DNA from: Emcibacter sp.
GTDB lineage: Bacteria; Pseudomonadota; Alphaproteobacteria; Sphingomonadales; Emcibacteraceae
Reading direction: 5' to 3'
Assembly: GCA_021647465.1 (NCBI GenBank)
Contig: JAKIUQ010000001.1
Span: 35,962-99,961, forward strand
Length of the DNA stretch: 64,000 bases
The position numbers and the translations under genes are program-made. This document shows positions 38,149 through 47,818 of the stretch, in pieces. Under the pieces are notes generated by a model, which made no database searches, was not told the origin of the DNA, and saw nothing but the letters and a program-made list of their open reading frames with translations. Each line of letters starts with the position of its first letter. The first letter of the stretch is position 1.

Positions 38149-38398
38149 AAGTCTGGGGAGGAAAATGTTTAACATCCATATTATTAGCCAGCATTCCTTT
38201 ATAAACGGTTAATTTCTTGTTTATATATTATTTATGTCTAATATTTTATTATGTGTGAACAGGGTAGGGCTGCACCCAAAAAAAAATCGATTCTCTTGTA
38301 TTTCTTTTTGAATAGCGTATATGTATATGTAGAATATAAAATTACACATATTTTAACTGTGAAATGAGTGTGCCACTTAAGAAACCGGGTTAGGCCAA

Positions 38399-40057
38399 AT
38401 GTATCAATATAATGAAAATGATCAGCGAATTGTTGATGAACGTGTTGTTCAATTCAGAGGACAGGTGAAAAGACGTCTTGCCGGTGAATTGAAAGAGGAT
38501 GAATTCCGCATATTGCGCCTGCAAAATGGTCTTTATCTGCAAATACAGGCCTATATGCTGCGGGTTGCCGTGCCCTATGGTTTATTGTCATCTCGTCAAT
38601 TACGCATGTTGGCTCATATTGCTACAAAATATGATCGCGGCTATGGCCATATGACCACGCGGCAGAATATGCAGTTTAACTGGCCGAAGCTGGAAGATGT
38701 GCCAGATATTCTGGATGATCTGGCCTCGGTACAGATGCATGCCATCCAAACCAGCGGTAACTGTATTCGAAATATCAGCGCCGATCAATTTGCGGGTGTG
38801 GCAGAGGATGAAATTGTTGACCCGCGCCCTTATGCGGAAATTATGCGTCAATGGTCGACATTCCATCCAGAATTTGCCTATTTGCCGCGCAAGTTTAAAT
38901 TTGCTTTTACGGGTGCCGCGCAAGACAGGGCCGCTATTCAGTTCCATGATATTGGGTACCGCGCGGTGAAAAATTATGCGGGTGAGGTTGGTTTCAAGAT
39001 TTATGTGGGCGGCGGTATGGGCCGAACCCCGATGATTGGCAAGCTGGTCAATGACTTTGTGCCGGAAAAAGACCTGCTGGTTTATACCGAAGCGATTATG
39101 CGCGTCTATAATCAGTTTGGCCGCCGGGACAATAAGTATAAAGCCCGTATCAAAATTCTGGTTCATGAGCTTAAACTGCCAAAATTCATTGAACTGGTGG
39201 AAACGGAATTTGCAGCCTTAAGGCAAGAGGGCGCGGTACCGTTGGATGCGGCGGAAATTGATCGCGTTACGGCCCATTTCACTGATCCCGATTATATGGA
39301 CTTGCCTGATAAAAGTGAAGTATTTAATCAGTATTTGCAGGATGACAAAGATTTTTCTTTATGGGTTAAGCAGAATATACTGGCGCATAAGAAATCCGGC
39401 TATGCCATTGTTAATTTGTCCCTTAAAAAGCCTGGCGTTCCGCCGGGGGATATTACGGATGACCAGATGTTGTCGGTCGCAGATATCGCAGATGATTATA
39501 GTTTTGGCGAGATCAGGTCGACCCATGAGCAGAATCTTGTATTTGCAGATGTCAGAAAAGACGATTTATATCAGGTATGGCAGGCTTTGAAAGATGTGGG
39601 CTTTGCCGAGCCGAATATTGGCACCCTGCAAGATATGATCTGTTGTCCGGGACTGGATTTTTGCACATTGGCCAACGCAAGGTCAATTCCCATTGCGGAT
39701 AAAATCACCACATGCTTCGATGACATGGATTATTTATACGATCTTGGCGAACTTAAATTAAAGATGTCGGGCTGCATTAATGCCTGCGGTCATCATCATG
39801 TGGGTCATATTGGTATTCTGGGCGTGGATAAAAAGGGACAGGAGCTTTATCAGATCACCCTTGGCGGGTCGGCGGGTGATGATGCCTCTATTGGAAAAAT
39901 TATTGGCCCTGGTTTTGATCAGGATGAAATCATCCCGGCCTTGAAAAATATTCTGTCAACATATACGCGCCTTCGGGAAGAGGGAGAGGGGTTCCTTGCC
40001 GCCTACCGCCGGTTGGGAATGAGCCCTTTTAAGGAGCAGCTTTATGCAAATAATTAA
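38399..40057 (+). CDS. cysI: Sulfite (nitrite/sulfite family) reductase hemoprotein, siroheme/4Fe-4S
   Basis: 552 aa with duplicated NIR_SIR ferredoxin-like halves and the cluster/siroheme Cys motif CPGLDFCTLA...SGCINACGHHH. Confidence 0.88.
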   Translation: MYQYNENDQRIVDERVVQFRGQVKRRLAGELKEDEFRILRLQNGLYLQIQAYMLRVAVPYGLLSSRQLRMLAHIATKYDRGYGHMTTRQNMQFNWPKLEDVPDILDDLASVQMHAIQTSGNCIRNISADQFAGVAEDEIVDPRPYAEIMRQWSTFHPEFAYLPRKFKFAFTGAAQDRAAIQFHDIGYRAVKNYAGEVGFKIYVGGGMGRTPMIGKLVNDFVPEKDLLVYTEAIMRVYNQFGRRDNKYKARIKILVHELKLPKFIELVETEFAALRQEGAVPLDAAEIDRVTAHFTDPDYMDLPDKSEVFNQYLQDDKDFSLWVKQNILAHKKSGYAIVNLSLKKPGVPPGDITDDQMLSVADIADDYSFGEIRSTHEQNLVFADVRKDDLYQVWQALKDVGFAEPNIGTLQDMICCPGLDFCTLANARSIPIADKITTCFDDMDYLYDLGELKLKMSGCINACGHHHVGHIGILGVDKKGQELYQITLGGSAGDDASIGKIIGPGFDQDEIIPALKNILSTYTRLREEGEGFLAAYRRLGMSPFKEQLYANN

Positions 40058-40511
40058 AGACAAGGCCATCATCGAAGATAACTGGGTGCATTATTGCGGG
40101 GAGGGCGATTTGCCGGAAGGTGACCTTATCGTTTCTCTTGATATATGGCAGGAAATGGATCTTTCGGGCCGCAATATTGGCCTTCAACTTGAGCCTGATG
40201 ACATGCTGAGTGATATTAAAGATGATTTGCATCAGTTTGATTTGATCGCGATAAACTTTCCAACCTTTGCGGATGGCCGGGGCTATTCCATGGCAAAAAT
40301 ACTGCGCGACCGGCTTGGCTATAAAAAAGAAATTCGCGCCGTCGGCGATGTCATGCGGGATCAACTGTTTTATTTGCAGCGCTGTGGTTTCAATGCCTAT
40401 GAGATCAAATCTGGCCGCGATATTGTGGATGCATTGGAAGCCTTTGAAGATTTTTCCGTTAAATATCAAACTTCCTCGGACGAACATATTCCTCTCTATC
40501 GCCGAAAATAA
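40044..40511 (+). CDS. DUF934 domain-containing protein (sulfite-reduction associated)
   Basis: FADGRGYSMAKILRDRLGYKKEIRAVGDVMRDQLFYLQRCGFNAYE is the DUF934 signature. AAGGAG RBS; 14-nt overlap with cysI. Confidence 0.85.
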   Translation: MQIIKDKAIIEDNWVHYCGEGDLPEGDLIVSLDIWQEMDLSGRNIGLQLEPDDMLSDIKDDLHQFDLIAINFPTFADGRGYSMAKILRDRLGYKKEIRAVGDVMRDQLFYLQRCGFNAYEIKSGRDIVDALEAFEDFSVKYQTSSDEHIPLYRRK

Positions 40512-40563
40512 AAGTAGTTTTTAATTTTTTTTTAAGAAGGTCTGTTTAAAAGGTGCATGTTTG

Positions 40564-40583
40564 TTATGTAACTTTTATGTAAC
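40564..40583 (+). promoter_or_regulatory. Two 9-bp direct repeats TTATGTAAC with 11-bp phasing (winged-helix response-regulator-type site, Pho-box-like architecture)
   Basis: Copies at 40564-40572 and 40575-40583. On the complement this reads GTTACAT-AAAA-GTTACAT. It lies about 115-130 bp upstream of the OprO/P-type porin gene. Confidence 0.35.
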
Positions 40584-40630
40584 AAAAACTACATTTTGCT
40601 GACATAAAGCTTGGATATTAAATAATCTGA

Positions 40631-40657
40631 AGGTGATGGTTTGTTTGGCCGTCACCT
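40631..40657. promoter_or_regulatory. Inverted repeat AGGTGATGG-N9-CCGTCACCT next to a TATAAT box (40664-40669) in the porin promoter
   Basis: Read directly from the sequence. 9-bp arms with one G-T position. Confidence 0.3.
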
Positions 40658-40696
40658 GAAAAGTATAATCAGAATTATTGATGTCTTTAAAAGGAA

Positions 40697-42010
40697 ATGA
40701 AGATGAGGAAACCCGTTATTGGCTTATTCGCCGCAACAGCCCTTTGTAGTGTGGCATTTTCACCCATAGCCTCGGCGCAGACTTTGCAGGAATTGAAAGC
40801 ACAGATTGATCAATTGAGCAAAAAGGTTGAGGAGCTTGAAAAGAAAGAGGCGGCCAAAAAGGCGCCTGATTTAAAAGTTAAGTGGAAGGGCGCCCCTGAA
40901 TTATCCAGCGCGGACGGCAAATTCAAAATGAAAGTTCGGGGCCGTATCTTTGCAGATTACGCCAATATTTCTGTTAAAAATTCTGCGGGCACCTCTCTTG
41001 ATGGTGAAAAAGTAGATGCCACAGAATTTCGCACCGCGCGCCTTGGTGTCGAAGGCGTTGTCTTTAGGGATGTTAAATACAAGCTTGAAGTCGACCTGAT
41101 AGGCGGCGCATCTGAAATTAAAGATGCGTATCTTCAGTGGAACCTCAAACCAGTTTCATTAACCGTTGGTCAATTTAAAACGCCAAATTCATTAGAAGAA
41201 GAAACCTCTGCCCGCTATCAGACATTTATGGAGCGCGGCTCTTTTACTGATGCCTTCTCGCTCGCTCGGCAAATCGGGATCGCTGTTGGCTATGCGGCCA
41301 ATGATGTGACATTCAAGGCGGGTATTTTTCAGGGTAACTTTGAAAATGTTGATTCTCAACAGGATCGCACATATGCCGCGCGGGTAACATACGGGCCAGA
41401 ATTAAATGAGGGTAATATACGCTTGCATGTGGGGGCCTCTATCAGACATCGGGAACTTTCGAACGGTGAAGGTGCGCGTTATCGTCAGCGCCCCCAAAGT
41501 CATCTGGCGGTAAATCGTTATATCAGCGCGGATTTTCGCGGAACGGATATTGGCGATGCTGAAAGTGATAGATTCTGGGGGCTGGAGGCCGCCGGGATCA
41601 TGGGACCTTTTTCCTTACAAAGTGAATATGCCGTCTTAAGCGTGAACCGGATTGGCATGGATCAAAATGCCAGCCTTTCCGGGGGTTATATCAGTGCCAG
41701 CTATTTTATTACAGGTGAAAGCCGCAATTATAAAAAGGGTAAAATCGGCCGCACGAAAGTTAAGAGCCCTGTTTCCGAAGGCGGCATGGGGGCATGGCAA
41801 TTGGCGTTGCGTTATGACACTATTGAATTAAACGATGCTGATGTGTCTGTTTTGGGCGGCAAACAAAATACAATGATATTCGGTGTGAATTGGCATTTGA
41901 ATGATTATGCGCGCGTGATGGCAAATTATTCACTTTCGGATATCGCCAATGACCCCGAAGGCGTCACAGATGTAAATGCCTTAAGCCTGCGTTTCCAGGT
42001 TGACTGGTAA
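40697..42010 (+). CDS. Outer-membrane porin, phosphate-selective OprO/OprP family
   Basis: Signal peptide ending SPIASAQT, N-terminal coiled coil (LQELKAQIDQLSKKVEELEKK), beta-barrel-like alternating sequence, and a terminal aromatic (...RFQVDW). Confidence 0.82.
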   Translation: MKMRKPVIGLFAATALCSVAFSPIASAQTLQELKAQIDQLSKKVEELEKKEAAKKAPDLKVKWKGAPELSSADGKFKMKVRGRIFADYANISVKNSAGTSLDGEKVDATEFRTARLGVEGVVFRDVKYKLEVDLIGGASEIKDAYLQWNLKPVSLTVGQFKTPNSLEEETSARYQTFMERGSFTDAFSLARQIGIAVGYAANDVTFKAGIFQGNFENVDSQQDRTYAARVTYGPELNEGNIRLHVGASIRHRELSNGEGARYRQRPQSHLAVNRYISADFRGTDIGDAESDRFWGLEAAGIMGPFSLQSEYAVLSVNRIGMDQNASLSGGYISASYFITGESRNYKKGKIGRTKVKSPVSEGGMGAWQLALRYDTIELNDADVSVLGGKQNTMIFGVNWHLNDYARVMANYSLSDIANDPEGVTDVNALSLRFQVDW

Positions 42011-42043
42011 GCAGGCCATAATTATCAATATATTTCAAGATAG

Positions 42044-42067
42044 GGCGGTGTTGTTGCGCCGTTTTTT
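42044..42067 (+). terminator. Probable intrinsic terminator of the porin gene
   Basis: Short GC hairpin CGGTG-TTGTTG-CGCCG (one wobble pair) followed by TTTTTT. Confidence 0.5.
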
Positions 42068-42163
42068 GTGATGTTAATTACCCATTGAAATCATTTTACT
42101 TGCGCCATAATATTTATTATGTTACTTGCATAATAAGTAAGTAACTGGCGAGTATTCAGAATA

Positions 42164-42664
42164 ATGTGTCAAATAATAGCAAGTAAACCAAATAATATTT
42201 CGAAAATTGACATTTTGCTCGATCAAGCTTTTGGTGCTGATCGACAGAAGAAAACCGCCTATAGATTGCGTGATGGCGTGCCCGCGGCGGCGGGGTTATC
42301 CTTTATCACCATGTCTGGTGCAGATATTATCGCCAGCCTTCAATTCTGGCCCCTGCTGATTAAAGATAACGATAGATCATATGCGGCTTTATTGCTGGGC
42401 CCCATTGCCGTTGATAACGATTATCGCGGACAGGGAATCGGTCTTGATTTAATGGCGCATGGTTTGCAAGCGGCCAAGGAACAGGGGCATAAAAGAGTTA
42501 TTCTGGTGGGGGATGAAATATATTATAAGAAAGTTGGTTTTAGCCGCGCTTTGGCCTTGGGACTTGAGATGCCGGGCCCGGTGGATAAGGCCCGCCTGCT
42601 GGCGCAGGAATTGGTGCCTGATGCCTTCAAAGGGGTCAAGGGAATGATCTCAAAAATTAAATAA
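42164..42664 (+). CDS. GNAT family N-acetyltransferase
   Basis: 166 aa with the acetyl-CoA motif VDNDYRGQGIGLDLMAHGL. Confidence 0.8.
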   Translation: MCQIIASKPNNISKIDILLDQAFGADRQKKTAYRLRDGVPAAAGLSFITMSGADIIASLQFWPLLIKDNDRSYAALLLGPIAVDNDYRGQGIGLDLMAHGLQAAKEQGHKRVILVGDEIYYKKVGFSRALALGLEMPGPVDKARLLAQELVPDAFKGVKGMISKIK

Positions 42665-42710
42665 TGGGTAATCTCTTCTCATTGTCATATGAATTTCCTA
42701 TATTAGGATC

Positions 42711-43316
42711 ATGACCGATAAAATAAATTTCAGGCCTGACTTATTTGCCGCAGAGGCCAAAAAAATATCTGCCAAAACTTCTGGTGTAAAGGGACTGCCG
42801 CCGGTGCATCTATGGAATCCCGAGTTTTGCGGCGATATAGATATGCATATCAAACGGGACGGAAGCTGGGATTATATGGGGTCGGCTATTTCCCGCCCCG
42901 CCATGGTCAAGCTTTTTTCCACTATCCTGCGCCATGATGAAGACGGTAAATATTATCTGGTGACCCCTGTGGAGAAAGTAGGTATTCGGGTTGATGATGC
43001 GCCGTTCGTTGCGGTTGAAATGCGCATCGAAGGTGAGGGCCATGATCAAATTCTGCATTTTAGAACCAATGTGGATGATATGGTGATTCTGGATGCGGAT
43101 CATCCCTTGCGCATGGAGTTTTCCGCCAAAGGCGAACCATCGCCCTATATTCTTGTACGCGGCAGGCTGGAGGCACTCATCGCACGATCCGTCTATTACC
43201 AAATGGCTGACATGGTTGAAGAAAGGGGCGGCCAATATGGAGTATGGAGCGCCGGAAGTTTTTTTGAGCTTGGCCCAATTGAAACCAATCCGGCCTCGAT
43301 TGAAGTCAGCCCATGA
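42711..43316 (+). CDS. DUF1285 domain-containing protein
   Basis: 201 aa with [27 protein letters not shown]...YYLVTPVEK, the DUF1285 pattern. It sits in the conserved alphaproteobacterial arrangement with the following NUDIX and cca genes. Confidence 0.8.
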   Translation: MTDKINFRPDLFAAEAKKISAKTSGVKGLPPVHLWNPEFCGDIDMHIKRDGSWDYMGSAISRPAMVKLFSTILRHDEDGKYYLVTPVEKVGIRVDDAPFVAVEMRIEGEGHDQILHFRTNVDDMVILDADHPLRMEFSAKGEPSPYILVRGRLEALIARSVYYQMADMVEERGGQYGVWSAGSFFELGPIETNPASIEVSP

Positions 43317-43963
43317 GAAAAATCATAACGGATATATTTGCCGGTTATGACCCAGAGATGAAGCGGGCGCGGCAAACAGCGCAGTTGCGCAGTATGCGGC
43401 GGCCCACTTACGGCGATCATAATATTTACCGGCCTGATGCGGATTATCATACATCTGAATTGCCCCTGAAACCTGCGGCTGTACTTATTCCTTTGGTGGA
43501 TCATAAGGATGGCATGACTGTTTTGCTCACCAAAAGAGCGCAGCATTTGAAGGCCCATTCCGGTCAGGTCAGTTTCCCCGGCGGGCGGTGCGAGCCGGAA
43601 GATGCGGATGCCATGGAAACGGCCCTGCGCGAAACGGAAGAAGAGGTCGGTATCCAGCGGGATCAGATCGAAGTCCTTGGCGGGATGGAGGATTATGAAA
43701 CTGTCACCGGCTATGTGATTACGCCCATCGTTGCCATCATTCAGCCGGCATATCGTTTGAAGGTGGATGCGGGCGAGGTGGCCGAAGCCTTTGAATTGCC
43801 GCTGGATTACATTCTGGATGAGAAAAACCATAAGTTGGAGAGCCGCGTCTGGAACGAACAGCGGCGGCATTATTATGTTTTTATGAATGAAAAACACAAT
43901 GTCTGGGGTGCGACGGCCGCAATGCTGGTTCGTTTCGCAAAATTGATCAATGGGCATTCGTAA
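43313..43963 (+). CDS. NUDIX hydrolase, CoA pyrophosphatase (NudL-like)
   Basis: NUDIX box [25 protein letters not shown] preceded by [14 protein letters not shown] overlap with the upstream gene. Confidence 0.85.
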   Translation: MRKIITDIFAGYDPEMKRARQTAQLRSMRRPTYGDHNIYRPDADYHTSELPLKPAAVLIPLVDHKDGMTVLLTKRAQHLKAHSGQVSFPGGRCEPEDADAMETALRETEEEVGIQRDQIEVLGGMEDYETVTGYVITPIVAIIQPAYRLKVDAGEVAEAFELPLDYILDEKNHKLESRVWNEQRRHYYVFMNEKHNVWGATAAMLVRFAKLINGHS

Positions 43964-45192
43964 TGGAGGCTGTCAAGAAAATATCATCCCATGATCATCC
44001 ATGGATGAGCAAGCCGCCATTGGTTAAATTGTTCAATATCTTGAATCATGACGGATTAAATGCCCGAATGGTTGGGGGCTGTGTTCGGAATGCTCTTTTG
44101 GGCCGCAAGATTATTGATATTGATGTGGCTTGCCGCCTCATACCTGAAGAAAGCCTGAAACGATTGAAAAAGGCCGGCGTGAAGGTTGTCCCGACAGGGT
44201 TGAAACATGGGACAATAACCGCTGTAATGGGTAAGAGTAACTTTGAAATCACAACGCTGCGGCGGGATGAAGAAAGTGATGGCCGCCGCGCCAAAGTGGC
44301 TTATATAGATGATTGGCAGGAAGACGCCCGGCGGCGGGATTTCACCATTAACGCACTTTACCTTGATCTGGACGGCAGCCTTTATGATCCTTGCGGCGGT
44401 CTCTGCGATATTGCCGCCCGGCGGGTGCGTTTCATTGGCGATGCCGATCAGCGTATTCATGAGGATGGCTTACGTATTTTGCGCTTTTTCAGATTCGCCG
44501 CCCACATAGGGCAGGGCGAAATGGATCCGGTGGGACTGGCCGCCTGCCTTAAAAATAAATTTCTGATTAATCGTTTGTCCGGTGAACGGCTGGCGCAGGA
44601 AATTTTTAAAATTCTGAAATCTGATAATTTGTTGCCGGTTATAAAAGTCATGAATGAGGGGGGAATATTGGATAAAATTATTCCAGATCATGAAAATCTA
44701 CAGGGGTTGAATTCTTATGTCCGTTTGGAAAAAGTTCTGGGAAAATGCAATATTCTGGCCCGTTTATCCTGCTTGCTGCGTAAAGATAATAAGGCGATAG
44801 AGACTATAAGCCGCCATTTGAAATTATCTAATAAACAGGTCAAAATGCTGAGAAATTATGTAAATCATGATCTTTCCCTGTCGGCTGATATAAGTCAAAA
44901 GGATATTCGGCGCGCCATATATCATCATGGCAGGGATATTTTTATTTTTGCCGTGCTGCAAAGCTGGGCAGATGAGACATTAGGTCAAGATCATAAGGCT
45001 TGGCGCAAAATACTGGCCTATGGGGAAGAATGGCCCATACCGACCTTTCCCGTTCAGGGCAAGGATTTGATGGCACGCGGGCAAAAATCCGGCGCAGAAA
45101 TAGGACGGAAATTACGCGCGCTTGAGCAGGCATGGGCGCAGAGTGATTTTCATCTGACGCGAGAAGAAATGCTCGGTAAAATCACGCGATGA
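43963..45192 (+). CDS. cca: CCA-adding tRNA nucleotidyltransferase (poly(A) polymerase head-domain family)
   Basis: MVGGCVRNALLGRKIIDIDVA head-domain motif and RRDFTINAL. TAATG overlap with the NUDIX gene. Confidence 0.85.
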   Translation: MEAVKKISSHDHPWMSKPPLVKLFNILNHDGLNARMVGGCVRNALLGRKIIDIDVACRLIPEESLKRLKKAGVKVVPTGLKHGTITAVMGKSNFEITTLRRDEESDGRRAKVAYIDDWQEDARRRDFTINALYLDLDGSLYDPCGGLCDIAARRVRFIGDADQRIHEDGLRILRFFRFAAHIGQGEMDPVGLAACLKNKFLINRLSGERLAQEIFKILKSDNLLPVIKVMNEGGILDKIIPDHENLQGLNSYVRLEKVLGKCNILARLSCLLRKDNKAIETISRHLKLSNKQVKMLRNYVNHDLSLSADISQKDIRRAIYHHGRDIFIFAVLQSWADETLGQDHKAWRKILAYGEEWPIPTFPVQGKDLMARGQKSGAEIGRKLRALEQAWAQSDFHLTREEMLGKITR

Positions 45193-46033
45193 AATCTAAA
45201 ATGGCTTGAAGCGTTTCCGGGTGATCCATGATGGTGGTATGGATAACCTTGACCCGCTTGAAGTCTTTCATACCGTCAATTTTCGTTTCATCTACCGTGA
45301 CAATACCGTCATTATCTTCTCCTAATAAAGGATTAAAACCGGTTTTTGTCCCCCGTCCGCCTGCGATGACTAATGTTGGAATATCGGGGGCGGGTAAATC
45401 CTGTACCCTATAGGGCCGTACGTCCTGACCAGAGGGACCTGCGATGGTATGAAAAAGTTTCAGGCCGCTCATCATATCGGCAATCCTCGCCCCGTTATTG
45501 GGCGTTCCAATCGTAATTAAATACCGCGCGGTGATTTTATTGCGCCAGCTGTTCTTGCGGGACAATAAAATTCGTGCCACCAAGCCGCCAAGGCTATGGC
45601 CGATAAAGCTGACCTCTGTCACGCCGTCAAGGCCATTCAGGAGATGTTCGAGGTCATTACCGTGGCTTTCAACGGGCTGGAATGTGCTGGGGTAATTTAA
45701 ACTATAGGCGGCAAGGCCTTTTTCGCGCAAGTTATCGGTGAGCTTTGCCATAGAGCTTCTATGGCGTCCCAAGCCGTGCAAAATAAGAAATATATGTTTG
45801 TTGGGGAATTTTAACCCCAGTTTATGCTTGAAAATTTCAAGTTTCTGAAGGCAATGGTCATAATTTCCCCACGCCCGTCTTTTGTCCTTGTCATCAAGGA
45901 GCCGAAAATGTTCAGACAGTATATTCTTTTGAATGCGCCAATCATCCAATAGATATATATCTGCCCATAAATATTTCCCGCCCAATGTGGGTATCTCAAG
46001 ATTAGGCGGCTCTTCCGGTAAATCCCATTTCAT
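45182..46033 (-). CDS. Alpha/beta hydrolase (esterase/lipase-like)
   Basis: Nucleophile elbow GHSLGG, preceded by ILHGLG. The 3' end overlaps the 3' end of cca by 11 nt (convergent). Confidence 0.75.
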   Translation of the reverse strand: MKWDLPEEPPNLEIPTLGGKYLWADIYLLDDWRIQKNILSEHFRLLDDKDKRRAWGNYDHCLQKLEIFKHKLGLKFPNKHIFLILHGLGRHRSSMAKLTDNLREKGLAAYSLNYPSTFQPVESHGNDLEHLLNGLDGVTEVSFIGHSLGGLVARILLSRKNSWRNKITARYLITIGTPNNGARIADMMSGLKLFHTIAGPSGQDVRPYRVQDLPAPDIPTLVIAGGRGTKTGFNPLLGEDNDGIVTVDETKIDGMKDFKRVKVIHTTIMDHPETLQAILDFIA

Positions 46034-46080
46034 CTGTTGTTACCATGATTTAAAATTCATCGCCATTTGGCATTTCCAAT

Positions 46081-46953
46081 TCACCGCCATTTGGCTAGGG
46101 GGGGCAGCGACATGAGGATCGCGTCAACATTGCCGCCTGTTTTCAGACCAAATGTGGTTCCCCGGTCATAGACAAGATTAAATTCCGCATAAAGCCCCCG
46201 GTAATAAAGCAGCTCTTCGCGTTGTTCTTCGGTCCATTCTTCGTTCATATGGCGGGAAACAAGATCCGGATATATGTTAAGAAATGCCCGGCCAACATCC
46301 TGAGTGAAGGCAAAATCCTTTTCCCAGTCACCGCTGTTTAATTGATCATAGAAAATGCCGCCTTCGCCCCGGGCTTTATTGCGGTGCGTGATATAGAAAT
46401 ATTCATCACACCATTTTTTATATTTTGGAAAATATGCCGGATCATGTTTGTCGCAGGCCTGTTTGTAGCTGCGGTGAAAATCCGCCGTATCCACAGCATT
46501 GGGGATGGCCGCATTAAGGTCACCGCCGCCGCCAAACCAGTCCTTGGCCGTGATGATATGGCGGGTATTCATATGAACGGCGGGAACAAGGGGGCTGTGC
46601 ATATGCGCGACAAGTGAAATGCCGCTGGCCCAAAACCTTGGGTCTTTATCCGCGCCGGGCATGGATTTGGCAAATTCAGGTGGAAATTCGCCGTATACGG
46701 TGGAGATATTGACCCCGACCTTTTCAAAAACACGGCCCTTCATCACTGACATGACACCGCCGCCATTTTTCGGATCATCGTGCCTGTCCCATGATGTACG
46801 TTCAAATCGCCCCGCTGCGCGGTCAGAATATGTTCCGCTCAGCTTGTCTTCCAATTGCTCAAAAGCCGCGCAGATCTGGTCGCGTAATTCTTTAAACCAT
46901 GCTTGAGCGCGGATTTGGTGTTGTTTGGTGATATCAGTATCTAATAATGTCAT
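46081..46953 (-). CDS. hemF: Oxygen-dependent coproporphyrinogen III oxidase
   Basis: 290 aa with [33 protein letters not shown] and RGEGGIFYD motifs. Confidence 0.95.
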   Translation of the reverse strand: MTLLDTDITKQHQIRAQAWFKELRDQICAAFEQLEDKLSGTYSDRAAGRFERTSWDRHDDPKNGGGVMSVMKGRVFEKVGVNISTVYGEFPPEFAKSMPGADKDPRFWASGISLVAHMHSPLVPAVHMNTRHIITAKDWFGGGGDLNAAIPNAVDTADFHRSYKQACDKHDPAYFPKYKKWCDEYFYITHRNKARGEGGIFYDQLNSGDWEKDFAFTQDVGRAFLNIYPDLVSRHMNEEWTEEQREELLYYRGLYAEFNLVYDRGTTFGLKTGGNVDAILMSLPPLAKWR

Positions 46954-46967
46954 AATATTTTGATTGC

Positions 46968-47429
46968 TTAACCTGCGTAGGGTGGAAATAAATCTGTTTG
47001 CCTCAAGGCCTCACCAAGTACCATAGAGGCAGAAACCGCAACATTCAATGATCGTGTTTCAGGGGTCATGGGGATGATCACTCGTTTATCTGCGCGGTCA
47101 TGGACGCCCTTCGGCACACCGGCACTTTCCCTGCCCAGCAAAAGAATATCATCGGGCCGGTAAGAAATATCCGTATAAATATGGTCGGCTTTGGTGGTCA
47201 GCAGAATAATGCGTGAACGACCGATCGCCTCCAGAAAATGATCCCATGATTTATGACGGGTAATCATGCTCTGGTCGATATAATCCATACCGGCGCGGCG
47301 AAAAGATTTTTCCCCGAAAGGAAAGCCGCAAGGCTCAATAATATGCACCTGAACATCAAGGCAGGCCGCCAAGCGAATGATGGTGCCCGTATTGGGCGGA
47401 ATGTCAGGTTGATAAAGGGCAAGTTGCAT
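46968..47429 (-). CDS. trmL: tRNA (cytidine/uridine-2'-O)-methyltransferase TrmL (SpoU family)
   Basis: [18 protein letters not shown]...[11 protein letters not shown]...[21 protein letters not shown] at 47429 is preferred over GTG at 47441. Confidence 0.9.
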   Translation of the reverse strand: MQLALYQPDIPPNTGTIIRLAACLDVQVHIIEPCGFPFGEKSFRRAGMDYIDQSMITRHKSWDHFLEAIGRSRIILLTTKADHIYTDISYRPDDILLLGRESAGVPKGVHDRADKRVIIPMTPETRSLNVAVSASMVLGEALRQTDLFPPYAG

Positions 47430-47818
47430 AATGCTAATCACTTCATATAGTGGTTTGTAGTAATAAATTTATGATATATATTTTTTTAAGAATATTTCAA
47501 TAAAAGAGCCAAGGAGTTATAGTCAGAGCGCGCGGAAATGAACATCATTTTATGGAAATAACATGTGGTTTCTTAAACTAATAAACTAATCTTGGTATGT
47601 GAAGAAAATTTATTTTAAGAAAATAGCCATATTATTCATAAATTTATTGCATATTAACGATATTCTGAGTACATCAGGAAGGTGTATTATGAAAGGGTGG
47701 GGTAGCCTGAAGAACTCGGTTTCTTTATTATTTTAAAAGAGCGTGTTTTTTATCCTGTCCTCTTGATCAACATTATATAACTAATCTGTATAATATATTA
47801 TTTAAGAGGTTTCTCTAA

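Noticed and set aside
38165-38212. 15-codon plus-strand mini-ORF (MFNIHIISQHSFING) after GGAGG, as a possible leader peptide for the sulfite reductase gene
   Set aside because: The spacing between GGAGG and the ATG is only 3 nt. The peptide has no Cys or Met regulatory codons. No attenuator structure follows it. The GGAGG is better explained as the complement of the CCUCC stretch of the minus-strand sRNA candidate, or as chance.
40521-40535. Perfect TTAA-N7-TTAA (CtrA-box geometry) just after the DUF934 gene
   Set aside because: The spacer is a pure T-run (TTAATTTTTTTTTAA), so the match is a by-product of low-complexity sequence. There is no second box or TTAACCAT half-site nearby.
43196-43957. 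253-aa minus-strand ORF, and similar long antisense ORFs at 62734-63318, 61914-62474, 38600-39166, 21035-21616, 59567-60058 and 40029-40487
   Set aside because: Each lies fully antisense to a gene with clear family motifs (NUDIX, argG, ilvE, cysI, HerA-like, ubiK/ybjN, DUF934). Their translations are low-complexity, rich in Arg/His/Ile/Phe, and lack recognisable motifs. These are typical shadow ORFs.
47689-47736. 15-codon mini-ORF (MKGWGSLKNSVSLLF) with an AGGAAGG RBS in the 377-bp region upstream of petA
   Set aside because: Nothing supports it beyond an RBS-like purine run. It is short, has no conservation evidence, and AT-rich intergenic DNA yields such ORFs by chance.
47442-47818. Long AT-rich trmL-petA intergenic region as a possible replication origin
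   Set aside because: It contains only weak partial DnaA-box matches (TGTGGTTTC and TTATCCTGT, 6-7 of 9), no TTAA-N7-TTAA CtrA boxes, and no flanking ori-linked genes (hemE, dnaA, parAB).
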